Source: a virus
Reading direction: 5' to 3' (one strand)
Length of the DNA: 64,000 nucleotides
Virus record (IMG/VR): IMGVR_UViG_3300006310_000773
Under the pieces are notes generated by a model that saw only the letters and a list, made by a program, of their open reading frames with translations, did no database searches and was not told the origin of the DNA. Shown here one piece after another: positions 59,946-64,000 of this stretch; the stretch's first letter is position 1; each line of letters starts with the position of its first letter. The position numbers were made by a program, and so were the translations under genes.

Positions 59946-60290
59946 GGTCAGTTCTTCTGTTCCCAAGTGACTGACCTGAACTCGGCTATAGTCTACGCAG
60001 CGAGTGCGTAAGAGTATGCGGTATAATCGTCATTGTTTGCGATTAATTTAATGGACCGTTACGGTGGTGCCTCTACCGAATACCTCTATATCTACCTTCA
60101 CAATCAATCGAAATCTATTTCAGCCCCATCAACGAAAGTCATATCCAAAATAAAGTGTGACATAGGTAATACCTAAAGCGAGCAATATCATTATTGTGAG
60201 CCACATTAATTTCTTTTCCATAACTTCCTTTGGTGGAGCTGATCGGAATCGCACCGATGTCTTAACTGTTATCTAGATATGTCAACAGTA
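59946..60290 (-). ncRNA. ssrA: Circularly permuted (two-piece) tmRNA gene: acceptor piece ~60290-60231, coding piece 60127-~59946
   Basis: Acceptor piece ends ATCGG-TGCGATT-CCGAT-CAGCTCC-A-CCA. Coding piece starts GGGGCTG (7-bp stem with G3.U70). Helix-2 pairings TTGATTGT/ACAGTTAA and TAGATAT/ATATCTA. Tag frame 60040-59993 is ANNDDYTAYSYALAA*, flanked by pseudoknots. Confidence 0.92.
60129..60221 (-). CDS. 30-aa single-TM peptide nested in the tmRNA intervening segment
   Basis: AAGGA RBS right after the CCA; MEKKLMWLTIMILLALGITYVTLYFGYDFR*; stop lies 1 nt before GGGGCTG. Confidence 0.7.
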   Translation of the reverse strand: MEKKLMWLTIMILLALGITYVTLYFGYDFR

Positions 60291-60938
60291 TCAATAACTA
60301 TTTATAACCTCCTGTAATCTTTCTACATGTTCATCAGGATCCGCATAAAAAATTTGTGGTGTTCCATCAACTACTGCAATAACTATAACTACTTGAGTTA
60401 CTTTATTTCCTGTTCTTTCTTCATACATCTTTGCATATGCAGTTCCCTGTAATTTATAACTTTCTATCCATTCTTCTTTTTTTGGTTTAGAAGAGGTTTT
60501 CCAATCTATTATAGAAATTTCATCATCATATTCAGCAATACAATCACATCTACCAGCTACTCCAAGAAATTTAGACCACAAAGATACCTCAAGACCATAA
60601 ATTTTTCCAATATGAGTATTTAAAATTGATTGAACTGATTGAAATAACTCAATAGAATCAGGCATATGCCCACTCAAATAATCTTGCTGATTTTTGAGAT
60701 AGTCTTCGATAATCGAATGCGTTCTTGTTCCTCTTCGCGAAGCTTGTGTTGAGATTCTATTGGCTTCTTCTTCTCCAACCCGCTTTCTCCAAGCCTGTAT
60801 ACCAGCTTTGGACAAAGATGATAATACTGTAGTGATACTCGGGAAATTTCCATCTGGTGTCTCGTATAATCTTTTTCCTGAAGTATTTATTTGTTTTATT
60901 TGACCAGGAATATCAACTGTTTCGTGTAAAAAATTCAT
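60291..60938 (-). CDS. PD-(D/E)XK exonuclease (Cas4-like phage exonuclease)
   Basis: RLYETPDG..PSITTVL; WRKRVGEEEA; RGTRTH; AGRCDCIAEY..IIDWKTS; Q..AY. Confidence 0.88.
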   Translation of the reverse strand: MNFLHETVDIPGQIKQINTSGKRLYETPDGNFPSITTVLSSLSKAGIQAWRKRVGEEEANRISTQASRRGTRTHSIIEDYLKNQQDYLSGHMPDSIELFQSVQSILNTHIGKIYGLEVSLWSKFLGVAGRCDCIAEYDDEISIIDWKTSSKPKKEEWIESYKLQGTAYAKMYEERTGNKVTQVVIVIAVVDGTPQIFYADPDEHVERLQEVINSY

Positions 60939-60939
60939 A

Positions 60940-61194
60940 TTAAGGTATATTCATAGTGCTTCCGGCATGAGAAGATTTAATTTCTTTTAATCTATCTCTA
61001 AATCCATCATCTGGTTTACGCATACCCATCTTAATTGTATCGCCAAACGCCGGAGCCGCTAACATTTTTATTATTGTACCATGACATGATCCACATGGAC
61101 AAGGGTATTCTGTTGGTTCATTCATTTTAGCGATAGATAACTGACGCTCAAATTCATGTCCACATTTTTCACATTTATAATCGTATGTTGGCAT
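60940..61194 (-). CDS. FmdB-family zinc-ribbon protein
   Basis: MPTYDYKCEKCGHEFE..CPC. Confidence 0.85.
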   Translation of the reverse strand: MPTYDYKCEKCGHEFERQLSIAKMNEPTEYPCPCGSCHGTIIKMLAAPAFGDTIKMGMRKPDDGFRDRLKEIKSSHAGSTMNIP

Positions 61195-61195
61195 A

Positions 61196-61513
61196 TTATT
61201 CTGATTCTCTTAATGTTACTAGTAAAGGGTATTTATTTTTCTTAGCTTCTTCTAATGTATCAACCGCTTTTTGCTCTGCTATTTGATATGAATAAAGTCC
61301 CGCCACACCTTCTCCTAATTTATGTACATTTAACATAATTCTTTCAGCATCAGGTGTAGTTTTATTAAAAATACTTTTTAATATATAAATAACAAATTCC
61401 ATAGGAGTATAATCATCATTTAAAAGTATAACAAAATAAGTTTTAGGAACTTTTGAATTTATACTTTTCTTTTTCCTAACCTTAATTTTATCTTTTACAT
61501 CTATGTTTGACAT
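61196..61513 (-). CDS. clpS: ATP-dependent Clp protease adaptor ClpS
   Basis: VILLNDDYTPMEFVI..IMLNVHKLGEGVAG..AEQK..YPL. Confidence 0.93.
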   Translation of the reverse strand: MSNIDVKDKIKVRKKKSINSKVPKTYFVILLNDDYTPMEFVIYILKSIFNKTTPDAERIMLNVHKLGEGVAGLYSYQIAEQKAVDTLEEAKKNKYPLLVTLRESE

Positions 61514-62353
61514 TTAAAATTCCTGATGCCATTTAAAATTACAAACCTTCATATCTTTCCAAGTTTCAGGATGCTTTATTCTATCTTCTACTAAAGCATT
61601 TATTTCCCTTATATTTGGTGTTGATATTGTATATAATTTTTCTTCTGGTCTATTTTCAGGATGTATTATTATCATTTTTTCATCATCATATTCTGTAATA
61701 CCACCACGTTTATAAACAAACTTTCTACCCTTTCTTCGATAATGTACAAAGGAATCGAGTATTTTCATATTCATATATGAGTTTATTTTTTCAAATAAAC
61801 GTGTGTCTCCATGATGCATTCCAACATACTCCTCATCATATCCACCAGACTTCCAAAAATCTTTTTGTTTTATACAAAACACATTTACTGATTGTTTTTT
61901 TCTTTTTCCAGTTATAAAAGAATAATATACATTGTCAAGAAATTCTCTTCTTAAAATAAATTCACATGGTTCTTCGTTTATATATTCTGCCATTTTAGAT
62001 TTATTATTTCTGGAGTCATAAACAGAAGTCCTGAAAATATTTTCAACTAAATCTTTTAATGTATTTGGTGGAATCTCCACATCAATATCAGCAAAAAATA
62101 TCCAATCAGTTTCTACATGTTTTGCCGCTAAATTTCTTGCTCCATGAGAATTAAATCCCAAATCATCATCTACCACAAATAAAGAAATATCATCTTCTTC
62201 TACTAATACATCTTTCGCTGGTATTTTTTGTGATCCATCATCAACAACTATTAATCTTTTAATTAAAGAATTTCGTATAAAATATTTAGCCGCCTCAACA
62301 TATTTTTGTAAATGATCAGGCTCATTATAATATGTTGTTACTAAAGTAATCAT
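61514..62353 (-). CDS. GT2-family glycosyltransferase
   Basis: TTYYNE; IVVDDGS; GARNLA; FADID; GGYDEEY..HGD. Confidence 0.85.
   Translation of the reverse strand: MITLVTTYYNEPDHLQKYVEAAKYFIRNSLIKRLIVVDDGSQKIPAKDVLVEEDDISLFVVDDDLGFNSHGARNLAAKHVETDWIFFADIDVEIPPNTLKDLVENIFRTSVYDSRNNKSKMAEYINEEPCEFILRREFLDNVYYSFITGKRKKQSVNVFCIKQKDFWKSGGYDEEYVGMHHGDTRLFEKINSYMNMKILDSFVHYRRKGRKFVYKRGGITEYDDEKMIIIHPENRPEEKLYTISTPNIREINALVEDRIKHPETWKDMKVCNFKWHQEF
61934..61993. repeat. Composite exact repeat: 20 bp identical to 59580-59599 plus 40 bp identical to 58832-58871
   Basis: gtcaagaaattctcttctta and aaataaattcacatggttcttcgtttatatattctgccat each occur twice. Confidence 0.9.
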
Positions 62354-62361
62354 TTAATTTA

Positions 62362-62435
62362 TGGAGCGAGTAAGAGGAATCGAACCCCTATCATCAGGTT
62401 GGAAACCTGAGGTACTACCTTTGTACGATACTCGC
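62362..62435 (-). tRNA. tRNA-Gly(TCC)
   Basis: GCGAGTA/TACTCGC acceptor stem, U73, encoded CCA; anticodon arm TCAGG-TTTCCAA-CCTGA; T-loop TTCGATT. Confidence 0.93.
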
Positions 62436-63065
62436 TTATATTAACCATTCATTACCAAATGTTTTAAATGCCCAATTCTTTTCAAAACACCACCAACATC
62501 TTCTACATGCTTTTGTAAATCCTTCACTTTCATCAAAATGCCCAATACAACTCACAGTTAATTCAAATATATTTTTTAGATTAAGTTCTTTATAAATTAA
62601 AGCAAGATCTTGTTTATGCATATTAGTAAACGGAACCCATTCACCTTCCTCATTAACTTCTGGTTCTTCCGGAGCTTCCCATGCTCTATCTTTTTGATCA
62701 CCTGGCATTACCACTAAAGGAGGATTTCTCGTTGTTCCTCTACATATAATATCTACATTTCTTTCTTTTGGATTTAAATATTCTTTTAAAATTTCTGTTG
62801 TTTTATGTTTAGCATATCCAACATGTGGACGCTCTATAGGAAAAAGAGAACCACTAGATCTCTCCACTTCCATAATAACATCATATACTGGTTTAATCAT
62901 GGAAGGTCTATCTATATGACAAAATATTAAAGGATGTATAGTAACATCTAATAAATTATCTTCAACAATTTGATTACATAACAAATATAACAATAAAGAA
63001 GAGTCGCACCCACCTGACATGGCAAGTCCTATCTTTTTAACATTTTTTGGAATATTTAATTTCAT
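62436..63065 (-). CDS. PP-loop ATPase, QueC-like
   Basis: LAMSGGCDSS; PF..HKQD; TVSC..CRRCWWCFEK zinc motif. Confidence 0.65.
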   Translation of the reverse strand: MKLNIPKNVKKIGLAMSGGCDSSLLLYLLCNQIVEDNLLDVTIHPLIFCHIDRPSMIKPVYDVIMEVERSSGSLFPIERPHVGYAKHKTTEILKEYLNPKERNVDIICRGTTRNPPLVVMPGDQKDRAWEAPEEPEVNEEGEWVPFTNMHKQDLALIYKELNLKNIFELTVSCIGHFDESEGFTKACRRCWWCFEKNWAFKTFGNEWLI

Positions 63066-63442
63066 CTATGAAATGGTTGACCAGCAAAAAACTCTTGTAA
63101 ATTAATAAATGGTTTATATGTTCCATCTTGATCTCTATTAGTTACCATCCATTCACCATTTATATAAGTATAGATATGTTCCACACCAGTTTCATAACCT
63201 ATATCCATTAGGTCATAGTAATCTTCAACTGTTCCTCTATCATCATCATATACTTCAATTTCATTTTCATTTGCCCACAAAGAGCGATAATTGCCCCCAG
63301 CAGTTAAACGTGATATTTTTTCTATTTGATCATAATAATGATACAGAGTGTATCCTGTTTCTTCAATCTCTCCATTGAATTCTGTAGTACAATAATCGAA
63401 TCCATTATCAGATTCACTTGCTATTATTGTTATATTTTTCAT
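63062..63442 (-). CDS. Acidic hypothetical protein
   Basis: 126-aa ORF with ATGA coupling. Confidence 0.6.
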   Translation of the reverse strand: MKNITIIASESDNGFDYCTTEFNGEIEETGYTLYHYYDQIEKISRLTAGGNYRSLWANENEIEVYDDDRGTVEDYYDLMDIGYETGVEHIYTYINGEWMVTNRDQDGTYKPFINLQEFFAGQPFHR

Positions 63443-63461
63443 TTTAATTTATTCAAAAGTG

Positions 63462-63534
63462 TGGAGCGAATGCATGGAATTGCACCATGATCTCAAGGTT
63501 GGAGCCCTGTATTCTGCTTTTGAACTACATTCGC
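63462..63534 (-). tRNA. Aberrant tRNA-Gly-like gene (6-nt anticodon loop, no D-loop GG, T-loop TGCAATT)
   Basis: GCGAATG/CATTCGC acceptor stem, U73, CCA; CAGGG-CTCCAA-CCTTG; CATGG-TGCAATT-CCATG. Confidence 0.75.
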
Positions 63535-63551
63535 ATTTATCATAATATACC

Positions 63552-63580
63552 ATTATACCATTATAATTATATATTGTCAA
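63552..63580 (-). promoter_or_regulatory. Consensus sigma70 promoter upstream of the aberrant tRNA
   Basis: TTGACA-17 nt-TATAAT exact match. Confidence 0.8.
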
Positions 63581-63589
63581 GTGAAATAT

Positions 63590-63799
63590 TTATTTTAATA
63601 TTTCTATAGTGAGTATTATCGCAATCCATAATAATAAAAAATTACATATTAATAATTCTATTGCTAGAATTGTATGATACCATACCCAATTTGTTTCATA
63701 TTTTTTATCTCTTTCAAGTTCAACTTTAGTCTTCCCTTCTTGTAATCGTGGCATCCAAAGTCGTGCAAATTTTTCTTTGGTTTTATTGATAATCCCCAA
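63590..63799 (-). CDS. Small membrane protein
   Basis: C-terminal hydrophobic helix ILAIELLICNFLLLWIAIILTI. Confidence 0.55.
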   Translation of the reverse strand: MGIINKTKEKFARLWMPRLQEGKTKVELERDKKYETNWVWYHTILAIELLICNFLLLWIAIILTIEILK

Positions 63800-63807
63800 T
63801 TTACCCC

Positions 63808-64000
63808 CTACATTTCTGGCCCTGTTGCATTATCACTATCTGAACATCCTTGTGAATTATACCTGCTTTCTCTCCATGTATGTTTGCCTTCATTATATCT
63901 CAACCATTTCTGATTTCCGTTTGGATCACAAAATTGTACATATATTTTACCATTTATAGTAAATAATCCTGCTCTACTGAAACCTTCCACTTGTGGTAAT
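63808..64000 (-). CDS. Hypothetical protein, C-terminal part (frame open to the window edge)
   Basis: No in-frame stop between the GTG at 63990 and the window end. Confidence 0.5.
   Translation of the reverse strand, partial: LPQVEGFSRAGLFTINGKIYVQFCDPNGNQKWLRYNEGKHTWRESRYNSQGCSDSDNATGPEM

Noticed and set aside
59910-59966. N-terminal extension of the 59682..59966 ORF
   Set aside because: It overlaps the tmRNA pseudoknot; a better RBS and ATG lie at 59909.
60231-60290. Isolated tRNA 3' half or attP-like remnant
   Set aside because: It pairs with the downstream GGGGCTG segment and helix 2, so it is explained as the tmRNA acceptor piece.
60291-60938. Cas4-like nuclease as part of a CRISPR system
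   Set aside because: It is a typical stand-alone phage PD-(D/E)XK exonuclease, with no array or other cas genes nearby.
63462-63534. Assignment as tRNA-Trp(CCA)
   Set aside because: A 7-nt CTCCAAC loop breaks two anticodon-stem pairs, and the acceptor stem and U73 are Gly-type.
1410-63959. Numerous short antisense or overlapping ORFs in the track (e.g. 25321..25656, 40629..41018, 49979..50419, 53194..53766, 58915..59157)
   Set aside because: They overlap well-supported genes, show no recognisable motifs, and read as shadow frames.
1-64000. Alternative genetic code or stop-codon recoding
   Set aside because: Core genes are full length under the standard code and no suppressor tRNA is seen.

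Overview
AT-rich fragment of a large T4-like myovirus genome, resembling marine T4-like phages. All calls come from motif recognition; no searches were run. (1) 1-19.1 kb is a dense modification-enzyme cluster: seven radical SAM CxxxCxxC domains plus a truncated eighth twitch/rSAM gene, rSAM fusions to a PLP-enzyme domain and to an MTase-like domain, a split rSAM/SPASM pair, two 2OG-Fe(II) oxygenases, an SGNH hydrolase, three glycosyltransferases and a methyltransferase. It abuts a probable virion protein with a (Y/W)xGQ repeat hairpin, the best candidate substrate. (2) 19.5-55.2 kb is the tail-fibre/baseplate/tail module (gp8, gp7, gp6, gp25, gp5, gp53, gp48, gp4, gp2, gp54, gp26, gp51, tape-measure-like), with a candidate -1 frameshift (T TTT TTA) fusing gp26 to gp51. 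(3) 55.2-64 kb has gp32, gp59, gp33 and accessory genes (Na/Pi cotransporter, IscU, nuclease, metallothionein-like peptide, ClpS, GT2, QueC-like). It also has a circularly permuted two-piece tmRNA (tag ANNDDYTAYSYALAA) whose spacer encodes a 30-aa membrane peptide, one canonical tRNA-Gly and one aberrant tRNA-Gly-like gene.
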